Source: Eledone cirrhosa
Taxonomy: Eukaryota
Assembly (NCBI GenBank): GCA_964016885.1
Contig: OZ024740.1
Coordinates: 17,236,001-17,300,000, forward strand
Length of the DNA stretch: 64,000 bases
Direction: 5' to 3'
Shown: piece by piece, positions 1-12,304 of the stretch
How positions within the stretch are numbered: the stretch's first letter is position 1
Layout of the letters: each line of letters starts with the position of its first letter
Program-made: the position numbers and the translations under genes
Notes under the pieces: model-generated
The model's input: only the letters and a program-made list of their open reading frames with translations
Database searches by the model: none
Told to the model about the DNA's origin: nothing

Positions 1-3000
1 ACCACCTCTACTGTCCACCACCACTACCACCACTACTGTTCACCATCACTACCACCTCTACTGTCCACCATCACTACCACCTCTACTGTCCACCACCACT
101 ACTGTTCACCACCACTACCACCACTACTGTTCACCATCACTACCACCACCTCTACTGTTCACCATCACTACCACCACTACTGTTCACCATCACTACCACC
201 ACTACTGTTCACCACCACTACTGTTCACCACTACCACCACCTCTACTGTCCACCATCACTACCACCACTACTGTTCACCATCACTACCACCTCTACTGTC
301 CACCACCACTACTGGTCACCACCACTACCACCACTACTGTTCACCACTACCACCACCTCTACTGTTCACCATCACCACCACCACTACTGTTCACCATCAC
401 CACCACCTCTACCATTCACCATCACTACCACCACTACTGTTCACCATCACTACCACCTCTACTGTTCATCACTACCACCTCTACTGTTCACCATCACTAC
501 CACCACTACTGTTCACCATCACCACCACCTCTACCATTCACCATCACTACCACCACCTCTACTGTTCACCATCACTACCACCACTACTGTTCACCATCAC
601 CACCACCTCTACCATTCACCATCACTACCACCACCTCTACTGTTCACCATCACTACCACCACTACTGTTCACCATCACTACCACCTCTACTGTCCACCAT
701 CACTACCACCTCTACTGTCCACCATCACTACCACCACTACTGTTCACCATCACTACCACCACTACTGTTCACCACCACTACCACCACTACTGTTTACCAC
801 CACTACTGTTCACCACCACTACCACCACTACTGTTCACCACCACCTCTACTGTTCACCATCACTACCACCACTACTGTTCACCATCACCACCACCTCTAC
901 TGTTCACCATCACTACCACCACTACTGTTCACCATCACTACCACCTCTACTGTCCACCATCACTACCACCACTACTGTCCACCATCACTACCACCTCTAC
1001 TGTCCACCATCACTACCACCACTACTGTTCACCATCACTACCACCTCTACTGTCCACCATCACTACCACCACTACTGTTCACCATCACTACCACCTCTAC
1101 TGTTCACCATCACTACCACCACTACTGTTCACCATCACTACCACCACTACTGTTCACCATCACTACCACCACCTCTACTGTTCACCATCACTACCACCAC
1201 CTCTACTGTTCACCATCACTACCACCTCTACTGTTCACCATCACTACCACCACTACTGTTCACCATCACTACCACCACCTCTACTGTTCACCATCACTAC
1301 CACCACCTCTACTGTTCACCATCACTACCACCTCTACTGTTCACCATCACTACCACATCTACTGTTCACCATCACTACCACCACTACTGTTCACCATCAC
1401 TACCACCTCTACTGTTCACCATCACTACCACCTCTACTGTTCACCATCACTACCACCTCTACTGTTCACCATCACCACCACCTCTACTGTCCACCATCAC
1501 TACCACCTCTACTGTTCACCACCACTACCACCACTACTGTTCACCACCACTACTGTTCACCACTACCACCACCTCTACTGTTCACCATCACTACCACCTC
1601 TACTGTTCACCATCACTACCACCACTACTGTTCACCATCACCACCACCTCTACCATTCACCATCACTACCACCTCTACTGTCCACCATCACTACCACCAC
1701 TACTGTTCACCATCACTACCACCACTACTGTTCATCACTACCACCTCTACTGTTCACCATCACTACCACCACTACTGTTCACCATCACCACCACCTCTAC
1801 CATTCACCATCACTACCACCACCTCTACTGTTCACCATCACTACCACCACTACTGTTCACCATCACCACCACCTCTACTGTCCACCATCACTACCACCAC
1901 TACTGTCCACCATCACTACCACCTCTACTGTCCACCATCACTACCACCACTACTGTTCACCATCACTACCACCACTACTGTTCACCATCACTACCACCTC
2001 TACCACCACCTCTACTGTCCACCATCACTACCACCTCTACTGTTCACCACCACTACCACCACTACTGTTCACCATCACTACCACCTCTACCACCACCTCT
2101 ACTGTTCACCATCACTACCACCTCTACTGTCCACCACCACTACCACCTCTACTGTTCACCACCACTACCACCACTACTGTTCACCATCACTACCACCTCT
2201 ACTATCCACCATCACTACCACCTCTACTGTCCACCACCACTACCACCACTACTGTTCACTATCACTACCACCTCTACTGTCCACCATCACTACCACCTCT
2301 ACTGTCCACCACCACTACCACCACTACTGTTCACCATCACTACCACCACCTCTACTGTTCACCATCACTACCACCACTACTGTTCACCACCACTACTGTT
2401 CACCACTACCACCACCTCTACTGTCCACCATCACTACCACCACTACTGTTCACCATCACTACCACCTCTACTGTCCACCACCACTACTGTTCACCACCAC
2501 TACCACCACTACTGTTCACCACTACCACCACCTCTACTGTTCACCATCACCACCACCACTACTGTTCACCATCACCACCACCTCTACCATTCACCATCAC
2601 TACCACCACTACTGTTCACCATCACTACCACCTCTACTGTTCATCACTACCACCTCTACTGTTCACCATCACTACCACCACTACTGTTCACCATCACCAC
2701 CACCTCTACCATTCACCATCACTACCACCACCTCTACTGTTCACCATCACTACCACCACTACTGTTCACCATCACCACCACCTCTACCATTCACCATCAC
2801 TACCACCACCTATACTGTTCACCATCACTACCACCACTACTGTTCACCATCACTACCACCTCTACTGTCCACCACCACTACTGTCCACCATCACTACCAC
2901 CTCTACTGTCCACCATCACTACCACCACTACTGTTCACCATCACTACCACCACTACTGTTCACCACCACTACCACCACTACTGTTTACCACCACTACTGT

Positions 3001-6000
3001 CCACCATCACTACCACCACTACTGTTCACCACCACTACCACCACTACTGTTCACCACCACCTCTACTGTTCACCATCACTACCACCACTACTGTTCACCA
3101 TCACCACCACCTCTACTGTTCACCATCACTACCACCACTACTGTTCACCATCACTACCACCTCTACTGTCCACCATCACTACCACCACTACTGTCCACCA
3201 TCACTACCACCTCTACTGTCCACCATCACTACCACCACTACTGTTCACCATCACTACCACCTCTACTGTCCACCATCACTACCACCACTACTGTTCACCA
3301 TCACTACCACCTCTACTGTTCACCATCACTACCACCACTACTGTTCACCATCACTACCACCACCTCTACTGTTCACCATCACTACCACCACCTCTACTGT
3401 TCACCATCACTACCACCTCTACTGTTCACCATCACTACCACCACTACTGTTCACCATCACTACCACCACCTCTACTGTTCACCATCACTACCACCACCTC
3501 TACTGTTCACCATCACTACCACCTCTACTGTTCACCATCACTACCACCTCTACTGTTCACCATCACTACCACCACTACTGTTCACCATCACTACCACCTC
3601 TACTGTTCACCATCACTACCACCTCTACTGTTCACCATCACTACCACCTCTACTGTTCACCATCACCACCACCTCTACTGTCCACCATCACTACCACCTC
3701 TACTGTTCACCACCACTACCACCACTACTGTTCACCACCACTACCACCACTACTGTTCACCACTACCACCACCTCTACTGTTCACCATCACTACCACCTC
3801 TACTGTTCACCATCACTACCACCTCTACTGTTCACCACCACTACCACCACTACTGTTCACCATCACTACCACCACTACTGTTCACCATCACTACCACCAC
3901 TACTGTTCACCACCACTACCACCACTACTGTTCACCATCACTACCACCACCTCTACTGTCCACCATCACTACCACCACTACTGTTTACCACCACTACTGT
4001 TCACCACCACTACCACCACTACTGTTCACCACCACTACCACCACTACTGTTCACCACCACTACCACCACTACTGTTCACCACCACTACCACCACTACTGT
4101 TCACCATCACTACCACCACTACTGTTCACCACCACTACCACCACTACTGTTCACCACCACTACCACCACTACTGTTCACCACCACTACTGTTCACCACCA
4201 CTACCACCACTACTGTTCACCATCACTACCACCACTACTGTTCACCACCACTACCACCACTACTGTTTACCACCACTACTGTTCACCACCACTACCACCA
4301 CTACTGTTCACCACCACTACCACCACTACTGTTCACCATCACCACCACCTCTACCATTCACCATCACTACCACCACTACTGTTCACCATCACTACCACCT
4401 CTACTGTTCATCACTACCACCTCTACTGTTCACCATCACTACCACCACTACTGTTCACCATCACCACCACCTCTACCATTCACCATCACTACCACCACCT
4501 CTACTGTTCACCATCACTACCACCACTACTGTTCACCATCACCACCACCTCTACCATTCACCATCACTACCACCACCTATACTGTTCACCATCACTACCA
4601 CCACTACTGTTCACCATCACTACCACCTCTACTGTCCACCACCACTACTGTCCACCATCACTACCACCTCTACTGTCCACCATCACTACCACCACTACTG
4701 TTCACCATCACTACCACCACTACTGTTCACCACCACTACCACCACTACTGTTTACCACCACTACTGTCCACCATCACTACCACCACTACTGTTCACCACC
4801 ACTACCACCACTACTGTTCACCACCACCTCTACTGTTCACCATCACTACCACCACTACTGTTCACCATCACCACCACCTCTACTGTTCACCATCACTACC
4901 ACCACTACTGTTCACCATCACTACCACCTCTACTGTCCACCATCACTACCACCACTACTGTCCACCATCACTACCACCTCTACTGTCCACCATCACTACC
5001 ACCACTACTGTTCACCATCACTACCACCTCTACTGTCCACCATCACTACCACCACTACTGTTCACCATCACTACCACCTCTACTGTTCACCATCACTACC
5101 ACCACTACTGTTCACCATCACTACCACCACCTCTACTGTTCACCATCACTACCACCACCTCTACTGTTCACCATCACTACCACCTCTACTGTTCACCATC
5201 ACTACCACCACTACTGTTCACCATCACTACCACCACCTCTACTGTTCACCATCACTACCACCACCTCTACTGTTCACCATCACTACCACCTCTACTGTTC
5301 ACCATCACTACCACCTCTACTGTTCACCATCACTACCACCACTACTGTTCACCATCACTACCACCTCTACTGTTCACCATCACTACCACCTCTACTGTTC
5401 ACCATCACTACCACCTCTACTGTTCACCATCACCACCACCTCTACTGTCCACCATCACTACCACCTCTACTGTTCACCACCACTACCACCACTACTGTTC
5501 ACCACCACTACCACCACTACTGTTCACCACTACCACCACCTCTACTGTTCACCATCACTACCACCTCTACTGTTCACCATCACTACCACCTCTACTGTTC
5601 ACCACCACTACCACCACTACTGTTCACCATCACTACCACCACTACTGTTCACCATCACTACCACCACTACTGTTCACCACCACTACCACCACTACTGTTC
5701 ACCACCACTACCACCACTACTGTTCACCACCACTACTGTTCACCACCACTACCACCACTACTGTTCACCATCACTACCACCACTACTGTTCACCACCACT
5801 ACCACCACTACTGTTCACCACCACTACCACCACTACTGTTCACCACCACTACCACCACTACTGTTCACCATCACTACCACCACTACTGTTCACCACCACT
5901 ACCACCACTACTGTTTACCACCACTACTGTTCACCACCACTACCACCACTACTGTTCACCACCACTACCACCACTACTGTTCACCACCACCTCTACTGTT

Positions 6001-6640
6001 CACCATCACCACCACCACTACTGTTCACCATCACCACCACCACTACTGTTCACCATCACTACCACCACTACTGTTCACCATCACTACCACCACTACTGTT
6101 CACCATCACTACCACCACCTCTACTGTTCACCATCACTACCACCTCTACTGTCCACCATCACTACCACCACTACTGTTCACCATCACTACCACCACTACT
6201 GTTCACCATCACTACCACCACTACTGTTCACCACCACTACCACCTCTACTGTTCACCATCACTACCACCACCACTACTACTGTTCACCATCTCTACCACC
6301 ACTACTACTGTTCACCACCACTACCACCTCTACTGTTCACCATCACTACCACCACCACTACTACTGTTCACCACCACTACCACCACCACTACTGTTCACC
6401 ATCACTACCCCACCTCTACTGTTCACCACCACTACCACCACTACTGTTCACCATCACTACCACCACCACTACTACTGTTCACCACCACTACCACCACCAC
6501 TACTGTTCACCATCACTACCCCACCTCTACTGTTCACCACCACTACCACCACTACTGTTCACCACCACTACCACCACTACTGTTCACCACCACTACCACC
6601 ACTACTGTTCACCATCACTACCACCACCACTACCACTACC
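1..6640. repeat. 25-bp minisatellite (consensus CACCATCACTACCACCACTACTGTT) derived from CAC/TAC triplets; runs off the left edge
   Basis: Unit read directly. Variants: CTCTACT vs CACTACT, TGTCC vs TGTTC, and 16/22/28-bp units that gain or lose triplets. Ends at ...ccactacctcatcag (~6640). Confidence 0.97.
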
Positions 6641-6854
6641 TCATCAGTCACAATATACCTTAGCTTCTATTCTGTTATATGTTCAATATTTCCAAACAGC
6701 AATACTGACCAGTCACTCTGTGATATCCCATAATCTAATGATGAAAGCGCACCATAATTTGCCTTGGTGGCCCTTGAAATATGCATAAAATAAATATGGT
6801 TTTATAAATATAGTTTCTATTTATTAATATATTGTATATATATATATATATATA

Positions 6855-7204
6855 ATCATCATCACCGTTTTATGTCCGTTCTTCCATGCTAGCATGGGTT
6901 AGACGGGTTCTATTGTGGGCAGTGTCCAGTCACCTGACCATGCCTTGCTCATACGGGAACTGATTCTGACTTGATTTTTACAGCTGGATGCCCTTCCTAA
7001 CACCAACCTCATTTACTGTGAGTGCTGGGTACTTTTTTACCATGGCGCCTACACGTCCACTTTACAGTGTGGGTTGGGTGCTTTTTTGTTGTGGCACCTC
7101 CACAACCACTTTGCAGTGGGAGGGTGTGTGGGCATATTGTCTATATGCTTCAGCTTCGGCTTGTACCCGTGGGAAGTCGGGTCTTCTGTATTACTGCACG
7201 ACGT
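6855..7204 (-). mobile_element. 3' end of an RTE-clade LINE (5'-truncated) with (GAT)n tail; copy 1
   Basis: Aligns by eye with 17299-17645. On the minus strand it reads ...RRAVIQKTRLPTGTSRS*, then a 3'UTR, then ...cccatgctagcatggaagaacggacataaaacggtgatgatgat. Confidence 0.8.
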
Positions 7205-7312
7205 GGCTGAGTGTTTAGAGAATTAGATTCACAATCTTGAGGTTGTGAGTTCGATTCGTGGATCAGGCCATGCGTTATGTCCTTGAGCAAGGCACTTTAT
7301 TTCACGTTGCTT
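7201..7312 (+). mobile_element. tRNA-derived SINE fragment (CORE-like)
   Basis: Pol III A-box-like TGGCTGAGTG (7204) and B-box GTTCGATTC (7249). These are followed by TGTCCTTGAGCAAGGCACTTTA, which resembles the CORE-SINE motif from recall. Confidence 0.7.
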
Positions 7313-7934
7313 CTTCTACCTGGAGTTGCGACTGATAGATAGTACTAACAACTGGAAAGACCAACAGCAACATTGTTTCCTCGGTCTGACAAGCTGTCGA
7401 GCCCTGACTCTCTTCTATCCCAAGTTTCGAGTACTTTGCTGAATTATGTTCTTACTAGTTTAAACTGCTATAATCCTGACCTCTCTCTCTCTCTCTCTGT
7501 GTGATCAGCATTTTACATCTATTTCCCAGGTTTGTGTGTGTGTGTATATCTGGGGATGCATTTATAAAAGTCATCTTTGATCCCTTTTAAATGTCATGTA
7601 TGTATGTGTGTGTATGTACATGGGGTGTGTATGATGTATGCATATGTATCATGTGTGTATATATATGTTTTTATACTTATACTGAAATCATTTTGTGGCG
7701 TTGCCTTCAAGAGTTTAGTAAGCGCTATCAACCTCAGTATTTTATTGCACTCTATTTGTCAGACAGCTAAGTTGCAGAGAGGACATAAAGGGACATAACT
7801 AGGAAAAGATTGTTTAAGTGCAGATAGAGAAGATGAGATAGTGGTTGTTGAGAGACGTTCATAGAGTAGGTGAGGGTAGTGGTGACAGTATCATTGAGTG
7901 TAGTGGAGTGAGAAGCTGATAGTGCTAACAGTCT

Positions 7935-8017
7935 CTAGAATATGTATATGTATATATATATGTAGTAATATATGTATGTGTGTTTATGTATGTATGTGTA
8001 TATATATATATATATGT
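7935..8017. repeat. (TA)n/(TATG)n microsatellite, target site of the RTE LINE
   Basis: Direct reading. Confidence 0.9.
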
Positions 8018-8031
8018 CAACAGGTCGATGA

Positions 8032-10334
8032 CTCAAGGATGTAAAATCACGTGTTAGGCGGAATCTTTCTCAGATGAAGGATCTGTGGTGGAGTGAGAAG
8101 GCTGGTGAGATACAAACTGCGTCAGATTCCAATAACACAAAGCTGTTGTACAGTCTCTTGCGGGAAGTTTATGGACCGTCTTCTTCTCTGGTGACACCGC
8201 TTTGCAGCAAGGATGGCAAAGAACTTCTTCGTGACTCACAAGGAATTCTACGAAGGTGGCGAGAGCACTTTGATGATCTTTTGAATCAGCCGTCTGTCGT
8301 CAGTGAAGATTTCCTCAATCTCATTCCAGAAAGTCCAGTGAAAGTAGCTCTCGCAGAACCTCCGACGCTTGTGGAGGTTGCAGTGGCTATCTCGAAGCTG
8401 AACAGTGGAAGGTCTCCAGGTATGGATGGCATACATGCTGAGCTCCTACAATATGGTGGTGAGAGACTCCTGCAACATCTTCACTCTTTGTTTGGCGGGA
8501 TATGGGCTAATGAATCCGTACCTGAGGACTGGAGAGATGCAGTAATGGTGGTCTTGTACAAGGGAAAGGGTAACAGGAATGATTGTGGGAACTACAGAGG
8601 TATATCATTGCTTTCTGTTGTAGAGAAAGTTTTATGTAGGGTGCTTCTGGAACGTCTGCTGACACACATTTCAGATTGTGTTCTTCCTGAAAGTCAATCT
8701 GGTCTTCGTGCTGGACGCGGCACTACTGATATGATCTTCTCAGCTAGACAGCTCCAGGAGAAGTGCATGGAACAAGGTTTGGATCTGTATCAGGTTTTTG
8801 GCGATCTGACAAAAGCTTTCGATACTGTTAGAGATGCATTATGGAAGGTTCTCCAGAAACTTGGTTGCCCTGATAAGTTCCTTGCTTTAGTTAGGTCTTT
8901 CCATGACGACATGAAGGCTTGGGTTAATGTCGGAGGTAACATGTCGGAGCCTATCTCAGTAAAAAATGGAGTGAAACGGGGGGATATTCCAGCACCGACC
9001 CTGTTTGCCATATACTTTGCAATGGTTTTCTGTATTGCATTCAGGAATTGCGAGCATGGTGTTTACATCCGATATCGAACCTCAGGCAGCATATTTAACA
9101 TCAGGCGCTTTGCTGTAAAGACGAAAGTATTTACATCAATCATAAGACACCTCTTGTATGCAGATGATTGCGATCTTGTAGCGCACACAGTGATATGCAG
9201 CACATTTTGAATGCATTTTCTGATGCTTGCACTGCCCTAGGATTGACTGTCAGTCTCAAGAAAACTGTTGTCATGTACCAACCTGCCCCTGGTAAGCAGT
9301 ACACTGAACCAAATATCTATGTGTATGGTAAACGACTTGGAGTGGTTGATCAGTTTGTCTACCTGGGAAGCACTGTCAATCGATACAGCAACCTTGACAG
9401 TGAAATCTCACTTAGGATTAGGAAAGCAAGTGATGCTTTCGGAAAGCTAGAAAGGCGACTCTGGGGTCGGCGAGACATATGCAGGAGGACAAAGGTAAAG
9501 GTGTACAAGGCATGTGTGCTCTCTTGTCTTCTTTATGCCTGCGAGACCTGGGTCACATATCGACACCACCTTAAGCAATTGGAACGTTTCCATCAGATGT
9601 GTCTCAGACGGATCCATGGCGTTCACTGGAGGGACCACATCAGTGATGTCGAGATTTTGGAAAGCTCTATGGTTGACAGTATAGAAGCTCTTGTGCTTAA
9701 GCAACGACTCCGTTGGAGTGGTCACCTTGCCAGAATGAAGGATTCTAGAATACCAAAACAACGCTTTTATGGAGAGTTGGTTAAAGGAAAACGACCGCCA
9801 CATAAACCAAAAAAGAGGTATAAGGATTCCTTGAAAGCCTCTCTGAAAGACGCTAACATCTCTGCTGATACATGGGAGAATATTGCTGCTGATCGTAATA
9901 AATGGAGAAAGACTGTATATGAGGGAAAAGTTGCCTTTGAGGCATCTCGAATCGCATACGAGAAAGTAAAGCGGGATGTGAGGAAGGGCATTGCTGTTGC
10001 ACTTCCAGACGGCGAGGGTCCTCCTATGGTGCTGACATGCAGCGTCTGCGCGAGACTCTGCCTAAGCAAAGCTGGACTCGAAAGTCATCTTCGAAGTCAT
10101 AAAGTAAGACCAGTGGTTGACTACCAGGCTGCTGTTGGAGATGCTACTCATCATGCTTGCCAAGCATGTGGTAGAGAATGTAAATCAGCAGGAGGGCTCA
10201 AGCGACATGCAAAAGTACACGAACTCCAACCACAGCCGGCTATTCCCAGTGAATGTTTTTGTTGCCGACTCTGTGCAAGACATTTTAGATCATTGGCTGG
10301 GCTAAAAAGCCACATTCGATCGCAGCGCTGTTAG
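8032..10334 (+). pseudogene. Disrupted RTE ORF2 (reverse transcriptase plus 3 C2H2 zinc fingers)
   Basis: Two ORFs (8074-9210, 9168-10334) are joined by a frameshift just after YADD (~9190: AHT/DMQHIL). An in-frame TGA lies at 8029. Motifs are degenerate: SQSGLR for SQCGFR, GVKRG for GVKQG, and one residue is missing in KAFDTV-RDALW. Confidence 0.9.
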
Positions 10335-10342
10335 TTGCTATC

Positions 10343-10507
10343 GTGTGTGTGTGTGTGTGTGTGTATAGATATGTTTATGTGTGTGTGTGCGTGTGTGTGT
10401 GTATATGTATATTATTATTGTTGTTGTTGTCGTTATTATTATTGTCGTTATTGTTATTATTATTATTATTAATGTATGTGTGTATGTATATATATATGTG
10501 TGTATGT

Positions 10508-10539
<32 letters not shown>

Positions 10540-10544
10540 GTGTA

Positions 10545-10575
<31 letters not shown>

Positions 10576-10594
10576 GTGTGTATGTATGTATGTA

Positions 10595-10627
<33 letters not shown>

Positions 10628-10636
10628 TTCTTTTTT

Positions 10637-10667
<31 letters not shown>

Positions 10668-10682
10668 TATTATTATTTTTTT
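10343..10682. repeat. Compound microsatellite (GT)n/(ATT,GTT)n/(TATG)n/T-rich inside the LINE 3'UTR
   Basis: Direct reading. It lies between the ORF2 stop and the putative LINE terminus. Confidence 0.92.
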
Positions 10683-10937
10683 CTCCTCGTGCAATGGCCA
10701 TACTCGATAACGAGGAGGCAGCCATCATATATATATATGTATGTATGTGTGTAGGCAACTCATTGTCATCACCATATTAAAAGGTCTTTGAGGTTACTTT
10801 GATGTAAATGACATAACAATAAAACAACAGTTTGATTATATATGCTAGCTTTTCTCTCTTTCTTATGACAATGATGAGGTCACCATTGTAATTTATCATT
10901 TTCATGTCATTTTTATTAATACATAGACATATAGTTA

Positions 10938-11092
10938 ATGGATGTGTAGTTAAGAGGTTTGCTTCGTAATCATGTGGTCTTGGGTTCCATTTCATTGTGT
11001 GATATTTTAGGCAAGTGTTTTCTGCTATAGCATTTGACTGACCAATGCCTTTTGAGTGGAATTGGTAGAAAGAGACTGTGTAAGAGCCCTCA
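10938..11092 (+). mobile_element. Decayed tRNA-derived SINE
   Basis: Degenerate A/B boxes (gtgtagttaag, gggttccatttc), CORE-like ttttaggcaagtgttttct, and a TA-rich tail. It resembles an abundant cephalopod SINE from recall. Confidence 0.55.
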
Positions 11093-11118
11093 TATATACA
11101 TATATATAATGTGTATGT

Positions 11119-11310
11119 GAAGGCGAATGGCTTAGTCGGATGAAATACCATTGCAGTATTTATTCTGGCCCTTCACATTCTGAACTCAAATCCTGCCGAG
11201 GTGAACTTTGCCTGTCATCCTACCAGGGTCAATAAAATAAAGTACTAGTTATGTACTGGGGTTGATTTAATTGCCCCCCACACACACACAAGGGCCATGT
11301 CCCTAAATTA
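11119..11310 (+). mobile_element. SINE, family B copy 1
   Basis: Core gccgaggtgaactttgcctgtcatcc...aataaaataaagtactag...tactggggttgatttaat is shared with 11915-12070 and, inverted, with 14350-14572. Confidence 0.75.
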
Positions 11311-11334
11311 GAAGTCATTATCATTATTGATGGT

Positions 11335-11895
11335 TTGCACAGTTAATATAATTACTAGAACTTCTACTGCCTGCTGGGTCTCAGCAAGTACCTTAGAGAG
11401 ACTACTTTCGTGGGTATATGTGCAGTGCTCAATAGGGCAGTCTTTTGTTGAAGAGCAATTTGTGTTTCTAGGTCTCTTTGGTTCAGATACCGTCTCAGTT
11501 ATAGTGGTATTGAGTCCAAAGCTCTGATGAAAACAGTAATTATCTTGATGTGCCATTTTAATCTTCAAGTCAGTATACTTTGTTGTTGTTATTAATACAA
11601 TAAAGAAATCCTCGTCAGAATGGCCCATGTGAATGGATCTACTCTGAGCATGCACCTGTAGGCAGGTTGATTTGAGGGGTACCCTTCCTGGGTGCTCTCG
11701 AAGTGTTCAGTGGTTCAGGATTGGTGGGGTACTTGAGTCACCCCTGGATGGTTTCCTATTGGGAAATTTTCATTGTATTTCTTTTGTTATTGTTTTTAAA
11801 CATATTTTTATTCAATGTTTTGTGTAAACCTCTGCTGTCCTTATCTATTTTATTGTCCCCTATATGTAGACCCTTGTGGCCAATAAAGAAACCAT
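11335..11895 (+). mobile_element. Possible decayed 3' end of an L1/Tx1-type LINE
   Basis: T-rich 3'UTR-like tract ending in AATAAA (11882) followed by A-rich bases. The family call rests on recall only, and no intact ORF is present. Confidence 0.25.
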
Positions 11896-11914
11896 TGGTG
11901 GATTGACTGTATCG

Positions 11915-12070
11915 TTAGAGTTGAAACCCTGCCGAGGTTAACTTTGCCTTTCATCCGTACAGGATCGATAAAATAAAGTACCAGTAATGCACTGGGGTTG
12001 ATTTAATCAACTTTCCACTCCCCCAAATTACTGGCCTTGTGCCTATACTAGAAATCAATACTAGAAATCA
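11915..12070 (+). mobile_element. SINE, family B copy 2 (5'-truncated)
   Basis: gccgaggttaactttgcctttcatccgtacaggatcgataaaataaagtaccag...ggccttgtgcctatactagaa, followed by an (ATT)n tail. Confidence 0.8.
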
Positions 12071-12096
12071 TTATTATTATTATTTGTTACTTGCAG

Positions 12097-12258
12097 GGAA
12101 AAGAACGATATAAAGTCCGTTGGGTTGGTTATCCATCATCAAACGACACATGGGAGCCACGAGAAAACCTGTTACCTTGCATTGAAATGGTGGAAGATTT
12201 TGAAAGAGACCGGCAACGGTTAAAAAAACGCAGAGCAGAAGAAAGAAGAATCAGAAAA
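12097..12258 (+). CDS. Internal exon of a chromodomain protein (MPP8/CDYL-like): GKERYKVRWVGYPSSNDTWEPRENLLPCIEMVEDFERDRQRLKKRRAEERRIRK
   Basis: Acceptor ttacttgcag (AG 12095-12096), donor GTAAAA at 12259, length 162 nt, phase 0-0. Contains the chromodomain signature Y.V.W.GY....TWEP.ENL and a basic, charged helix. Confidence 0.88.
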
Positions 12259-12304
12259 GTAAAACGTCCTTTTTATATTTCCCCTTTTTTCTTCCATACT
12301 AACA

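Larger units (their letters stand above)
8018..10726 (+). mobile_element. 5'-truncated RTE-clade (RTE/BovB-like) non-LTR retrotransposon
   Basis: RT motifs SPGMDGI, NYRGISLLS, DLTKAFDTV, GVKRG..APTLF, LLYADD (9157-9168), YLGS, LLYACETW and RLRWSGHLARM. There is no endonuclease domain. Candidate 14-bp TSD ATATATATATATGT at 8004-8017 and 10727-10740. Confidence 0.93.

Noticed and set aside
1-6640. Stop-free plus strand as a Thr/His-rich coding exon
   Set aside because: The unit length of 25 is not a multiple of 3, so the reading frame rotates every unit. The lack of stops is compositional.
7201-7275. tRNA gene
   Set aside because: A and B boxes are present but I could not fold a cloverleaf, and it continues into a SINE body.
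9168-9210. Programmed frameshift in the RT
   Set aside because: There is no slippery heptamer. The copy is 5'-truncated with other lesions, so a post-insertion deletion or sequencing error is the simpler explanation.
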